Below are positions 12,839-26,332 of a stretch of 64,000 nt of DNA, piece after piece (position 1 is the first letter of the stretch; the number at the start of each line of letters is the position of its first letter). Source of the DNA: Octopus vulgaris. Its lineage: Eukaryota. Below the pieces are notes generated by a model. The model saw nothing but the letters and a program-made list of their open reading frames with translations. It ran no database searches and had not been told where the DNA came from. Position numbers and translations under genes: made by a program. Where the stretch lies: the NCBI GenBank assembly GCA_951406725.2, contig OX597817.1, forward strand, positions 118,916,001-118,980,000, given 5' to 3'.

Positions 12839-13316
12839 AAGTGGGGTAGAAGATAATGTATTTGAATACATGCATGTATGTACTGTATGTTTCTTAGTTT
12901 TTGCGTAAAATTATATTCAGGGAGAGTAGATGCATGATTTTGCATTTTCACCGTTTTTGTTTTATACATATAAGATAATCATAACCCGACAAAGAACAGT
13001 AACGCTTGCAGAGCCTAAACAAGCAAAGCTAGTGGTATGAATATGATTAATTGATATTAATGAAAGGTGACAACAAAGTCGATCTTTGAACATCGAATTT
13101 GAAACAAATACCTGATTCGATTAAGAGCCCATATAATTCTTAGAGCGAATAGAACAGAAGAAAAATGATAATGATAAAATTAAATCTGTTGTTGTTGTTG
13201 TTGTTGTGAGTGGTGCTGGTGGTGTCAGTGATGTTTAAAATATTACTACTACTACTACTAGTAGTAGTATAATTACTACTACTACTAATACTACTACTAC
13301 TACCAATAATAAAACT

Positions 13317-13370
13317 AATAATGATGATGATGACGATGATGATGATGATGATGATGATGATGATAATAAT

Positions 13371-13424
<54 letters not shown>
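13317..13424. repeat. (GAT)n(AAT)n compound microsatellite
   Basis: Read directly from the sequence. Confidence 0.95.
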
Positions 13425-13426
<2 letters not shown>

Positions 13427-14494
13427 CTAATGCAAACGATGATTTCTAACGCTAACAAGAATAATTTCGAACAATAACAAAAATAATAATGAACATAAAT
13501 ATTGATGAAGTTGAAGTTAAAGCAATTATAGTGAATTAAATTTTTTTTTTTACACACACACACACACACACAAAAAAAGAATCTCTTTAAATTACATGAA
13601 ATCAGTGAAAGTAATGATGTGGTTATGTCAAATTTTTAAAAAGATCAAATAAATCAGTAATTGTGAGAATTATACATCAGCAACAGGGTAAAAATTGTTT
13701 TTAATAGTTCATTTTACGTATGCATGTGTGTGAGTATGTGCTTGTGTGTATATTAGTATATGTATGTATATGCGTGTGTGTGTGTAAGTACATATATATA
13801 TATATATATATATATGTACTTAGTATTTTTCCTGTATATTTTTATTCGTTCTTCTTCTGGATATTTAGTTTGTTCCATCCTCCACCCTCCACCCCACCCC
13901 ATTTCATATGAGCACATGAAGTTCAATATAGACCCCCCCACCCCGATCCCGATTTCCTAAATAGGAACTAACTGACAATGAGTTTCAAGAAGAAAAATTG
14001 TTTTTAAAAATAGGAAAAAAAAAAAAAAAAAAGCAAAATGGGTTGGTGGTTATGAGCAATGATAATAAAACAAATAAAAAAATATTTAAAAAATCTGTTA
14101 TGAATTCAAACACGTCAAAAGTGAAAGAGAAGCCGCAGTTGAAATTCAAAGTTTCACACGAGTCCATAAACACGATGAAGAAACCATGGCAATCTCTGGA
14201 ATTGATCAAGCAGGAAACAACATCTCATCTATACAATTATTACCAATCTTTACCATTGTAATTGAAGAACTGCTCAAGTGACGACACAAGAGATGAAGAG
14301 AGATGAGGAAAAGAAATACAATAACATCTAATGGTGGGTGGGGGAGAGAGGGGGTGGAACTAAATGAAGGAAATATGTTGAGAAGTTTAAAATTCTGAAA
14401 TGCAATATCCAATTTGCTTTTTTTTTTTACGACTGAGAAATATTTCCTTTCGATTACTACTACTGCTGGTGCTACTGCAAACACCAACAACAAC

Positions 14495-14525
<31 letters not shown>

Positions 14526-15439
14526 GTATAGACAACAATGATAATTGTGGTGGTGATGATGGTGTTAGTGGGGGTGGTGATGGATAATGGTAGTGATGAT
14601 GATGATGATGATGAGGAGGAGGAGGATGTTAAATGACACTGAATTATTCACTACTGTCGATGATTGAGCTTCTGACACCCACTCACTCCCATCCAACAAA
14701 CAATGACACTTTGATTACAATTATTTTCTGTATCCGGGATTGTGTGTGTATCAGTGATTTTTGATCTACGTATCAGCATCAATATTTCAAAGAGTATCAT
14801 ATAATATTATAAACTTTATTTGATACAATGCTTTTAAAATACTTTTGAGCTGAGTGTGAAATATTCCAAGATGTTTTCTACTTGGTTGGTTGGTTTGCTG
14901 ATTAGCTAGTTCCAGTTAATAATAATAATAATAAAACACACACATATGCAAATAAACAAAAAAAACAACCCTAAACACCAAAATTTTATGAATCATAAGA
15001 ATTTTTTTAACATCAAAAATTCTATGGAAATATGAAATGGAACATTTAAATCTGATCTCCTTCATAAAATTATTCTTTGCTTGATCTTATTTTTTAAGCC
15101 TTCTTTAAATGGGCAAAGTAATTTAGTTAGAATATCTTTAGAGAAATTTTTGAAATATATATAAATAATGCTAATGCATAAAATATATCTATTTTTTCCA
15201 ATAATATATTTATATATTCTATTTAATTTTGTTGCTGAAAATTATTCATTTATCAATTCATATATATATATTTATTTTTACATTCATTTCAACTTCATTT
15301 GCCACCATTAAAATGGTTGGAATAGGTTTTTAGCCAACTTGCACAACTGTACGTGGCTGGAGCAATTATTTCAGCAACCAAGTGACCATCATACATCTAG
15401 TCACTCATCCTGAATGATGATGAACCACTATAAGAGTTT

Positions 15440-15822
15440 CCATGATGCTATTTCACCTGCTAGAAGTATCAACTAAAAGTCCCACAAATCACAAATCCTC
15501 TTTAATACTTTCGTTACTGTATTTATTTTGAGATGCTCTGTGTTTCTTACAATTACTTTAAGTATAACAAAGAATTTAGTAAAATAACTTAGTTATCATT
15601 AAGCTAGTGTCAGGAACATAAATTGTGGCTAAAGTTTGATGGGAGATTTTAATTCAAAACTTGTAAAAACAAGAGCCAAAGCCGTTTTCAGCCGGGTTGG
15701 TAATGAAAGGGTTAACAGAAAAGAAAAAAGACACGTTAGACACTGTAATACCTGATGGGCATGACTGGACACACTTTGATCATAGGTCTACAAGATCAGA
15801 AATGACATGAGGATTTACAATA
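15440..15822 (+). mobile_element. Old interspersed repeat family G, split by the piggyBac-type MITE
   Basis: CCTGCTAGAA...AAATCACA / ...CTTTGATCATAGGTCT motifs recur at ~8800-8960, ~16200-16390 and ~28040-28150. Confidence 0.55.
15506..15711. mobile_element. piggyBac-type MITE
   Basis: TTAA on both sides (15502-15505 and 15712-15715). Termini TACTTTCGTTAC / GTAATGAAAGGG give a CCCTTTC-type TIR. An inverted sibling lies at 28219. Confidence 0.7.
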
Positions 15823-16944
15823 ACCTTGCAAAAGGAATGATATCTGTTATATGCAAGAAAATCTGACATCAGCAGACTTAACTCTTCATTCAGTGTGTCT
15901 ATAACATACAGGTTACCACATGGTTTTATCTGATGACAATGTGATTAAAAATCTGTCTTCTAAATCACAACCACTGTGCCACACCTTAACATTTTTCAAA
16001 TAAGTAGAAAGATCTATATAAAATTTTTTTAGTTATTTGTCGATTAATCATTTTTCCTTGATAACTAAGTCAGTAGATGGGGAAGTACTCAAAGACATTT
16101 CAAATCTTGTCAGATTCTTAAGATCAATGAAGGTAAAGTTCTGCTTGAATTTCTAAAGGCTGGGGCCTATAGAATAAGCAGGCAAATGAGGGGGGGGGGT
16201 CTCACCATGGTTGTTCTGCCTGTTAGAAAAAGTACCTAAATCTCATTAAAACCACGCCACACCCTCTTAAAAGTCAAGGGAGCACAATTTCTTTAAAAAA
16301 TGTTAATAATAACAAAGGTGTGGACATGGCAAAATGCATTTGATTACAGTAATACTCAACAGGATTGGCTTGGGGTTAAATAATAACAACAATGTGAACT
16401 TGGAATGACTCACAGATTGTCAGAGTTCACAGCATAAAGGACTGGGTAAAATAATAAGAGCAAGGTTCTAAGGTGAGAGACACTTATGCAGAGGTGAAGA
16501 ATCAAATTATTCCACATGAACACAGCTTTCTACTAAAGCAAACGGTAATATCTGGTCTCTTATGCCACACTTATTACATTAAAAAGAAGAAAAAAAACCT
16601 GAAATAGATTTATATGTAGATAATAGAATGCTGTACAAATCAAATTAGTACTTTATCTGAGTGTAACTAGTTTGGCCAATAGTAATTGGTAACTTTATAT
16701 GAGTTATTTTACTAGTATTTCTGACTGAAAAAGTATTAGTGTTTGTCACCTGCTATTTGTCTCTGGATAAATGGCAAATATAAATTTCATTAGAATAGCT
16801 TCTGCGATTTGTAATCTACTTTAGTTCTGAGAAGCTTTCAGATAATTACAAGTATTTGTATACTTTATAGGCATATAAAAAAAAAGAGCTTGACACAAAT
16901 CAGGCCTCTAGAGTTATTTGTTTATTTCTGTCTCCAATTATATA

Positions 16945-17885
16945 TATTCTTTTATTCTTTCACTTGTTTCAGTCATTAGACTGCAGCCATGCAGGGACAC
17001 CACCTTGAGGATTTTACTTGATCAAATTGCCCCAGTACTTCTTTTTTCTTTTCTATGCCTGGTACTTATTTTATCATTCTCTTTATACCAAATCTATGAA
17101 TTATAGGAATGTAAACAAACCAACAACAGTGTTGGGAGACAAACACAAACTCAGACACACCCATGTATATATATGAGTGTATAGCATTATATATCGATTA
17201 TGGCCAATTGGTCTCACACTAGGAATTCAATGGAGTGTTAAGTAACAATCTGATTATGTAACACTACACCCATCAGAGGTAGCTGATATGGAATGAAATA
17301 TGGTGACTGTTCTCTCACACTCTGTACAGCAAGTTTACAGATGGCGGTAATGATGACCCAGATGACCCTGGCCTATCACTAGAAAAAGAGAAAAAGTACT
17401 TCAGAGAATGGTGGAAAATTGGGACTCCCAGATTGATTTGTGCGTTGCAGTTCAGAAATGCAATCGGTGGAGTCATGGGGTTTATAAAAACATCTTCACA
17501 CTAAAGAAATGGCAGCAACTACCCATCACCCAAAAAAAAGAGAAGACACAAGTACTCCTAACATTGTAGGGAGAGTTTATAAAAGCTTAAATATATAAAA
17601 ACAAATATATACAAATTATAAAAATAATTTTAAAAAATACAGTACAACACTGTTTCTACTTCACAAATTTTCACCTATCACGGGGGGTTTTGGAATGTAA
17701 CACTCGCAATAGTCGAGGGATTATTGTATACGAAACATATATGTATGATAGGCTTCTTTCAGTTTTTGTTTAGGCTTTGATCAGCTTAGAGCTATTGTAG
17801 AAGTCATCTGCCCAAGGTGCAATGTAGTAGGACTGAACCCAGAACCAAATGGTTGAGAAGCAAGCTTTTTAGCACACAGACATAC
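16945..17885 (-). mobile_element. SINE family A split in two (tail 16945-17160, head 17745-17885)
   Basis: The two halves are colinear with the A consensus and are separated at the internal microsatellite by ~580 bp containing a Tigger end. Confidence 0.55.
17560..17726 (+). mobile_element. Tigger/pogo-like DNA transposon end
   Basis: CTTCACAAATTTTCACCTATCACGGGGGGTTTTGGAATGTAACACTCGCAATAGTCGAGGGATTATTG|TA resembles the subterminal and TIR pattern of Tigger-type elements. No matching left TIR was seen. Confidence 0.55.
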
Positions 17886-18210
17886 CAGTATCTTTTTCTC
17901 TCTATGTGTTTGGGTGTGTGTGTCTGTATGAATGTGTGAATGAGTGTGTGTGTGTGTGCATGTGTATGAGCATGTGAGTATATATATGCAATACATGTAT
18001 ATGTTTTGAAGACATCATATCATGACGAATTTAATCTTGGGGTGTAATATGACTTAAATGCTCTATAAAATGGTTACAATAAGCCAGGACATTAGGCATA
18101 ACCTCATTAGCACATTACCACTGTCAACTTTGCTACCAAAATATACATATATTTGTGTGTGTGTGTGTGTGTGTGTGTGCACGCATGTGTATGTGCACGC
18201 ATGTGTGTGT

Positions 18211-18520
18211 GAAGGTGCACGGCTCAGTGGTTTGAGCGTCGGGCTCACTGTCATGAGTAGTGAGTTCAACTTACAGACCAGGATGTATGTTGTGTCCTTG
18301 AGCAAGATTCTTTATTTCTTGTTGCTCATTTTATTTTGTCATTCACTCAGCTATAGAAAGAAACAAGCTGCGACATCACTGGCACCAAGCTGTATTGGCC
18401 TTCATCCTTTCCCTTGGATAACATCAGTGGTATGAAGAGGGGAAGGCTGGTATGCATGGGGTACTGCTCTGGTCTTCCATAAACAACCTTGCTTGGACTT
18501 GTGCTTGGGAGGATAATGTT
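18211..18520 (+). mobile_element. SINE family D
   Basis: tRNA-like head GGCTCAGTGG...GAGTTCAAC. The body is the reverse complement of 35656-35996 (CACTGGCACCAAGCTGTATTGGCC...CCCTTGGATAAC). Confidence 0.75.
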
Positions 18521-18562
18521 CATACACACACACACATGTACTTATACATATATAAGAATGTA

Positions 18563-18793
18563 GGCGGCAAGCTGGTAGAAACGTTAGCACACCGAGCGAA
18601 ATGCGTAGCCGTATTTCGTCTGCCGTTACGTTCTGGGTTCAAATTCTGCCAAGGTCGACTTTGCCTTTCATCCTTTCGGGGTCGATAAATTAAGTACCAG
18701 TTACGCACTGGGGTCGATGTAATCGACTTAATCCGTTTGTCTGTCCTTGTTTGTCCTCTCTGTGTTTAACCCCTTGTGGGTAGTAAAGAAATC
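18563..18793 (+). mobile_element. SINE family B, tail type B1; young copy with a 14-bp TSD
   Basis: TSD TATATAAGAATGTA at 18549-18562 and 18794-18807. B box GGTTCAAATTC. The central AGGTCGACTTTGCCTTTCATCCTTTCGGGGTCGATAAATTAAGTACCAG resembles the Nin/Meta-type SINE domain. Confidence 0.9.
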
Positions 18794-19422
18794 TATATAA
18801 GAATGTACACATAAATGCTGACTACAGAAATAGCTTGTTTTCGGATTTCTACTTCATGTTAAATGTATGCGATTAGAATAATGGAGTGGGGTGTAAGATT
18901 CAACTTTATTTTATAGAGAAAATGGTGAGATAGCAAGACAGAGATGAAGATCAAGATTAGAAAGAGAGATGTAGTGCAGAAATGTGTGTGTGTGTGTGAG
19001 TATACAGGGTGAGAAAGAGACATCAAGCATGTTCATGAAAAGACTGGGGAAGAGAGAGCAAGAGAGAGAGAGAGCAAAAGAGAGAGAGAGAGAGAGCAAG
19101 AGACAATAGACAGACAGAGGTATAGACAGAGACAGACAGACAGACAAAAAAAGGAATTGATTTTTTTTTTCTCGGTATGGGGATGATGGAACGAAAGAAT
19201 AATTTGGTTTTCCTGCAAGAGTAACGGAGGAAAGATAACAATTTGATTTCTTGACAAGTCAGACTGAGGGAGAGAATTGATTACTTACTTGTGTGGAGAA
19301 GACAAGCAAAATACAAACTGTTATACTATTGATTATAGCGTGGTGCTACCATTTATATTGCTTATAATACAGAACAAAGTAGATTGTATAAGCATGTGTG
19401 TATTTGCCTATGTGCATGTATG

Positions 19423-19458
<36 letters not shown>

Positions 19459-19539
19459 AACATGCACGCGTTTTACATATATATTCACATTACAGCTTTT
19501 GCAAGAATATTTGTGTGTGTGTGTGTGTGTGTGTATTGA

Positions 19540-19725
19540 TTTCAAATTTTAGCACAAGGCCAGCAATTTCAGGAAGGGGGGATAAGTCGATTACACTGAT
19601 CCCAGTGCTCAATTGGTACTTATTTTATTGACCCCAAAAAGGATGAAGGCAAAGTCAGCATTGGCAGAATTTGACTTAGAACATAAAGACAGATGAAATG
19701 CCACTAAACGAATCTCCAGTTTGCC
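19540..19725 (-). mobile_element. SINE family B, diverged
   Basis: GCACAAGGCCAGCAATTT...GGTACTTATTTTATTGACCCC..AAGGATGAAGGCAAAGTC. Confidence 0.7.
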
Positions 19726-19727
19726 TG

Positions 19728-19784
<57 letters not shown>

Positions 19785-19904
19785 TATATATACATATATA
19801 TACACACATGGATGAATATATAAATATATCATCATCATCATACATATATACACATATATACATATGTATATATATATATGTATGTATATATACATATGTA
19901 TGTA

Positions 19905-19975
<71 letters not shown>

Positions 19976-20846
19976 GGTACAGTGGTTGATGGTAGAATCA
20001 TAGTGTCGGACAAAATGCCAAGCAGTATTTAATCAAGCTTCCTATCCCACCAGACAGGAAGTCAGTCCATAGCAGGACTACTCATTTTTGCCAGCTGAGT
20101 GGATCAGGACAATGTGAAATGAAGTGTTCTGCTCAGGAACACAATGTATCGCCCAGTTCAGGAATCAAAACCACAATCTTATGATCAAGTGAGTAATGCT
20201 GTAGCTATAAGCAATATACCTCAGTACATACATACGTACGTAAGTGTGTATGTACATACATACATATGTAAAGGTAAGACTAAATATGTATGTATGTATG
20301 TACTGTTCAGATACGCTATATTTATATACATCTGCATATATCAATATATATATTTAGAAATTAACAGTTTGTGATTTAGTTCTTTGTTACTCAGAGTTTC
20401 ATACACCAAATTTATGGATGTATAAGTGTTTGTATGTGCAAGCATGAGCAAGCATAAATGTATGTATATATATATTTACATATATTTATACATACATATT
20501 TATATACATACACATATGTATGTACATGTAATTGTATGTATGTATGGATATATATATATATATATATATATATATGCTTTATTTATGTATGCATATGTGT
20601 ATATATAGACGCACATACATATACAAACACCCACTCAGAGATGCTCAGATTGATCAGCTTCCAGACTTTAAATAATTGGAAATGTTTACAAATTAGTAAT
20701 CAATACTGATAAATTACTGAATCAATGTTAGCCAAGTGAAAATAAACAAACGGAAAGATGATACACTTTCCTGCACATAAACAGACATGAAATAATGACT
20801 CTCTCTCTCTCTTTCTCTCTATACATATACATACATATATATATAC

Positions 20847-20877
<31 letters not shown>

Positions 20878-21030
20878 TTTACATAAACATACACACAGAA
20901 ATCCACCTGATTTTCTCAATAGCGATTCTGTAATGTATGCATATATGTTTGTGTGTATTACATATAAGCATTTGTACATATCGGTGTATGCATGTGTGTG
21001 AATGCATACATGCAAACACAGGCACACATT

Positions 21031-21308
21031 CATATGTATATGCATTGAACTTGTATCTACTTATTTAATATACACTATTTATACAATTCCAACAATGACT
21101 TCAGTCTCCACAGTGTGCAAAGGGCATATATACAACCCAATAGCAAAGAATATAAATGTGTGTGTGTGTGTATGCTTTGTTGTCGGTCTGGTCTGGAAGA
21201 ACAGGTTGTATATATGGCCTTTGCATACCCTGGGGACTGAAATAATTGTTTGAATTGTATAAATTGTGTATATTAATAGATGAACACAAGTACAGTGCAT
21301 ATACATAT
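21031..21308. repeat. Long imperfect inverted repeat (foldback), arms ~105 bp, spacer ~66 bp
   Basis: 21031-21137 is reverse-complementary to 21204-21308. The inner 67 bp show about 9 mismatches by manual alignment. Confidence 0.9.
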
Positions 21309-21405
21309 ACTATAGTTTTATTTCGTGTCCATGCGTAGGAAAGTTTATCACCTTTCCCTTTGTTCTTTTACACTCGGCTAACACACACACACACACACGC
21401 ACATA

Positions 21406-21449
<44 letters not shown>

Positions 21450-21987
21450 ATAATATAAGAAACTGGAAATAAAAAGAGCGAGAGACTTGTTTATATACTT
21501 TTACACATATTTTATCATACCACCATATGTGAGTGGCATACTTCATTTGCTTACTATTGGATGAAGTTTTATATTGATTTCTTTCTCTGACACTTACCAT
21601 ATAGCAATGGAGTAGGAATGGTATTGAAGGACAACCCACTTCCTTAGTATATTTACTAATGCTTGTACTCAGTATAAGATCCTCTACCTTTTTACCCTAG
21701 CGTAACCCTTAAAATAAATTACCTGCACAAACAAAATTATATACCATATCTTTCTCATAATTTTTCATCTGCCCGGTTGAGAAACGCTGCTCTACATGAT
21801 TGCTTAGTCAGCTTCAAATGAAAATCAAATCTCTCTACAGTCTTAAAAAGAAAGTTGGAGACCTGTAGCATAACCAGGTTCTAAGGTTAGGTGGAATAAG
21901 CACATAGAAAAAAAGGCGCTGACACATATCAAACAATTTGGGACTCATTTCTCTTATATTATACAAACTGTTTCATTAGTTATAACG

Positions 21988-22297
21988 TAGGAGAACTCCG
22001 TCGGTTGCGACGATGAGGGTCCCAGCTGATGCGATCAACGGAACAGCTTGCTCGTGAAATTAACATGCAAGTAGCTGAGCAATCCACAGACACATGTACC
22101 CTTAACGTAGTTTTTGGGGAGATTCAGCGTGACACAAAGTGTGACAAGGCTGACTACTCATTTTTGCCAGCTGAATGGACTGGAGCAACATGAAATAAAG
22201 TGTCTTGCTTAAGGACACAACGTGCCAACGTGAATTGAACTCATGACCTTACGATCATGAGCCAAATGCCCCTAACCACTAAGCCACGCACCTTCAC
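21988..22297 (-). mobile_element. SINE family E (D-type head, distinct body)
   Basis: The head CTAACCACTAAGCCACGCACCTTCAC and CAGCTGAATGGACTGGAGCAAC are shared with family D. The body (GTGACACAAAGTGTGACAAGGCTG, AATTAACATGCAAG) recurs at 45095 and 59940 behind an A-type head. Confidence 0.7.
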
Positions 22298-22384
22298 AGT
22301 TATAATGTACATTAGTTATAATATACATAGTTGTATTCTACATTCATTAATTTCATATTTCAGTAATAATATTATTGTTTATGT

Positions 22385-22522
22385 CTGTGAAATCCTCTCA
22401 CAAGATTTTGGTCAGCCTGAGATGAAGTAGAAGACACTTGCCTAAGGTACCATGCAGTAGGACTGAACTCAAAACCATGTTGTTAGAGAACAAACTTCTT
22501 AACTACACAGCCACCCTTATGC
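22385..22522 (-). mobile_element. SINE family A head fragment
   Basis: AAATCCTCTCACAAG...AGAAGACACTTGCCTAAGG...GGACTGAAC...ACACAGCC. Confidence 0.7.
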
Positions 22523-22987
22523 CATTATCTATATAAAATGACTTTATGTTATGTAAAACGAAAATAAAAGAAAAAACTCTGAAAGACAATTCTACAATCT
22601 TTTCTGGTTTTTGATCAGTGGAATAAACTCCAGTCAAGTTTGAAAGGGAGAATCAGGCAATGTGTAATGTGCATGCATTTCTTAACATTACCTAACATAA
22701 GTGAAATATTTTACAATTGATTAAACAAGAATTTACAACTTGCTTTATTCAATGCGTTCATCTTATTACGTAACTGTTTGTGTTTGTATGTGTGTGTGTA
22801 TGATGTGTGTGTAAGATGTATTTAGAAAGATAAAAATACAAAAGTGAGAACATAGCACTACAAAACAAATATTAATAAAGAAGTACAAAAAATAGAATTT
22901 GAATGAAGAAACAACATAACTTATATGAGTTAAGTGTATAAGGTATCCATTCTGATAATGTGTGCATGGAGGTGGTTGTATTTATAT

Positions 22988-23034
<47 letters not shown>

Positions 23035-23651
23035 CATACATACTGAGCGTCTGCTAATACTTTACATATACCATGTCCTAGCGTTGTAGTTTTTTTATTT
23101 GTTCTTTTTTTATACTTATTATATATATATATTATATAAACACACACATATATATCGTGTGTATATATATGTGTGTATATATGTATACATACATATATAT
23201 ATATAGAGAGAGAGGGGAAGGGAGAGAAAGAGATTCACACACATAAATAGACATCTTTCTATCAATCTATCTGTATGTATCTGAGTACAAGTTTGCATGC
23301 ATTTATATGGTTTATTGTAATATATGAGTATTGTAAATTATACCAAAATATATTTTGCATTTTGCAAACACCTTCTGATATAGAAATGAAATAACATTTA
23401 TGAACACACACACACAAAGAATGAGTACACTTTTTAACTTCAGTATTCATTGTTCTGGACTGGTTGTTATAAAGAATAAAAGATGAAGATAGAAGCAATC
23501 ACAGAACAATGTGAATGAATACCTTTTTCACATGATTATGTAGTTTGATAAACAGTAAGAAAACAACATTATACGATTTTTCTGAAGTCATGTAATCTTT
23601 CTCTAGTTAGATTCCCATTCAACGTTCAGAGTCTATGCACATTTGTATGCA

Positions 23652-23718
<67 letters not shown>

Positions 23719-24792
23719 GCGTATGTATATATGTATATATATGAATGCAATATGTGTAAGCCAGAAGCTATTCCATTTCCTCTTTTTTTCTTCCCTCTTC
23801 CAATTTTTCATTATTCGAATATCATTGATATTCTTGATGAAATGGTGAAATAACAACAAATGCTATCTCTTAATAAACAAAAAAAAACAAAAAAAATTCT
23901 AAAGAAAAATCAATTCATTATCCAATTTGCCTTTACTATTGTTGCTACTTTTGTTGCTAATATGCTATTATTATGACAATATCAAATTTTATTTGTGTTG
24001 TTAGTTTTTTTAACAACACTCGTTTGAATCATTCTTCCTTCCTTCCTCATTCCCTCCTTCAATCTTCTCCCCTCCCCAACCCTCAACCCTCACATTCATC
24101 ATAATTCATCATTTCAGTTACAAGTAACTTTTTTTTTAAAGTTTTATTTATGCTGTTTAATATTTACACATTTCACAGGTTTTGTTTCCATACATAACAT
24201 AGCTTTAGCTTTCTTTCTTTTTCTTTTTTTTTTTTGTTTTGGAACCATTTTTTTTTTTGCCAGTTTCTAATCTCTTATTCTAATCTTAATGCAAAGAGAA
24301 AGAAAAGCACAATTACTTCGAGCAAAAAGAATAAGTTTCATTAAATACCAATTTCTTCTGTAACTGCCTCAGATCTGAAGTAGATTCCATAGTTAAATGC
24401 AAACACTGTTATTATTACAATACAGAGGCAGATTGCAAGAATTATTAGAGCATCAGACAAAATTCCTTAGGGTATTTGTTCAAGCTTTTTACATACTACG
24501 TTCAAATCCTTCTAAGATCAACCTTGCTTTTCCTCCCTTGAGCATCAATAAAATAAAGTATCAATCAAGCACTGGTATCAATTTAATAGAGTGACTTTTC
24601 TTTAAACATTGCATCCTCGTGCTTATGCCAGAAATGATTATCATCGCTTTGACTGATGAAGTGAGACACTAAATGTCCTGGCAATATTCAGTTATGCCAT
24701 TTTTAAGCAAGGATAGACAAAATGCCACTAATCATTTCACTTGGTGTGCTAATGGTTCTGCCAACTTGTCCCTTAGTATTAGTAATAATGAT

Positions 24793-25015
24793 AATAATAA
24801 TCCTTTCTACTATAGGCACAAGGCCGGGAATTGTGGAGGAGGGGGCCTGTCGATTAAATTCACCTCAGTACACAAGTGGTACTTAATTTATCAACCCCTT
24901 AAGGATGAAAGGCAAAGTTGACCTTGGTGGATTTTGAACTCAGAATGGAGCAACTGGTGAAATACTGCAAAGCATTTCATCCAGCATGCTAACAATTCTG
25001 CCAGCTCACCACCTT
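24793..25015 (-). mobile_element. SINE family B, tail type B2 with (ATT)n
   Basis: AATAATCCTTTCTACTATAGGCACAAGGCC...TTCTGCCAGCTCACCACCTT. Confidence 0.85.
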
Positions 25016-25038
25016 AATAATAATAATAATGTTGCAAA

Positions 25039-25255
25039 GGTAGCAAGCTGACAGAAATGTTAGCACGCTGGGAGAAATGCTTAGCGATATTTCAGTAGTC
25101 TTTACATTCTTAGATCAAATACCACTACAGTCAATTTTGTCTTTCATCCTTTCGGGGTTGATAAATTCAGTACCAGTTGTGTACTGGGGGTCAATCCAAT
25201 TGACTGGCCCCCACTCCCCAAAATTTTCGGGCCTTGTGCCAAGAGTAGAAAAGAA
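25039..25255 (+). mobile_element. SINE family B2, head-to-head with the preceding copy
   Basis: GGTAGCAAGCTGACAGAAATGTTAGCAC...GGCCTTGTGCCAAGAGTAGAAAAG. Confidence 0.85.
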
Positions 25256-25310
25256 GAATGTTGCAGAAAAATTACCACCAGAACAGGGCTGTTGCCAAAA
25301 AGTTACCACC

Positions 25311-25540
25311 ATATTGGGGCTGTTGCAGAAAACAGCCTTGTTAGGAACAGCAAAGATTTTGAGGAGGGTATTAGAAAGTTGAAGGAGAAGGAATGATCCA
25401 AAGAACCTTTGCCCCTTTGATATGGTTCTCTCTTTTGGTATAGCGTCAGTATAATATCTGCCAGAGCAAAAGCATCATTGAAAATATTGATAATTACTGT
25501 AACTGTAATAATGATAATTACTGTAACTGTAATAATAACT
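25311..25540 (+). mobile_element. R4/Dong-clade non-LTR retrotransposon, extreme 3' end
   Basis: Translates to GLLQKTALLGTAKILRRVLES* (stop at 25380-25382), the typical C-terminus of R4/Dong/Rex6-type ORFs. A short UTR and a TAA-rich tail follow. Confidence 0.75.
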
Positions 25541-25972
25541 TCTTTTTTTTTACATGGACTTGAAGGCATGGAGCAGAATATCTCAACATTAGCAAGGCTT
25601 GAGTACTGAAACTCTGGTTATAATATCTCCATTTAGTTTTGTTTCAAGTACCTACCTAATCCTTCTCTTGTCCTCTTAGGAGATTTTCCCTCACATTCAT
25701 TTCCTTTTTCCATTATTTCATCATCCTGCAGAACAGCACTTCTCAATATCTTTCAGTGATCTGATATCATCTTGTAATATCTTTATCTGATCAGATTTAA
25801 TCTTTTGACCTCTCTCCATAATTACTACTGCATACTTATTCACTCAAATTTCTAGTTATTCATCCCAAATGCCATGCCACTATATTTGCGAAATATATTT
25901 ACCATTTGAATAAGAGAAGCAAGATCATATTTTAATTCAGATATAGTTTCAGTTCAAAGATATGTATAACAG

Positions 25973-26004
<32 letters not shown>

Positions 26005-26080
26005 TTTCCTCCCTGTTCTTAACAAACTTGTAAGCAGGTCTAGATTTTCTCAGCATGCTAGTCAAAGAATTAATGCAATA

Positions 26081-26285
26081 AGTGTAGGAGTGGCTGTGTG
26101 GTAAATAGCTTGCTCACCAACCACATGGTTCTGGGTTCAGCCCCATTGCATGGCATCTTGGGCAAATGTCTTCTACTATAGCCTTGGGCCAACCAAAGCC
26201 TTGTGAGTGGATTTGGTAGACGGAAATTGAAAGAAGCCCATCGTATATATGTGTGTGTATATATATATATATATGTGTGTGTGCA

Positions 26286-26332
<47 letters not shown>

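Noticed and set aside
18563-18650. SINE heads as tRNA genes (also 26081 and 38831)
   Set aside because: A/B boxes are present, but they continue into SINE bodies (with TSDs at 18563 and 38831) and no complete cloverleaf is evident.
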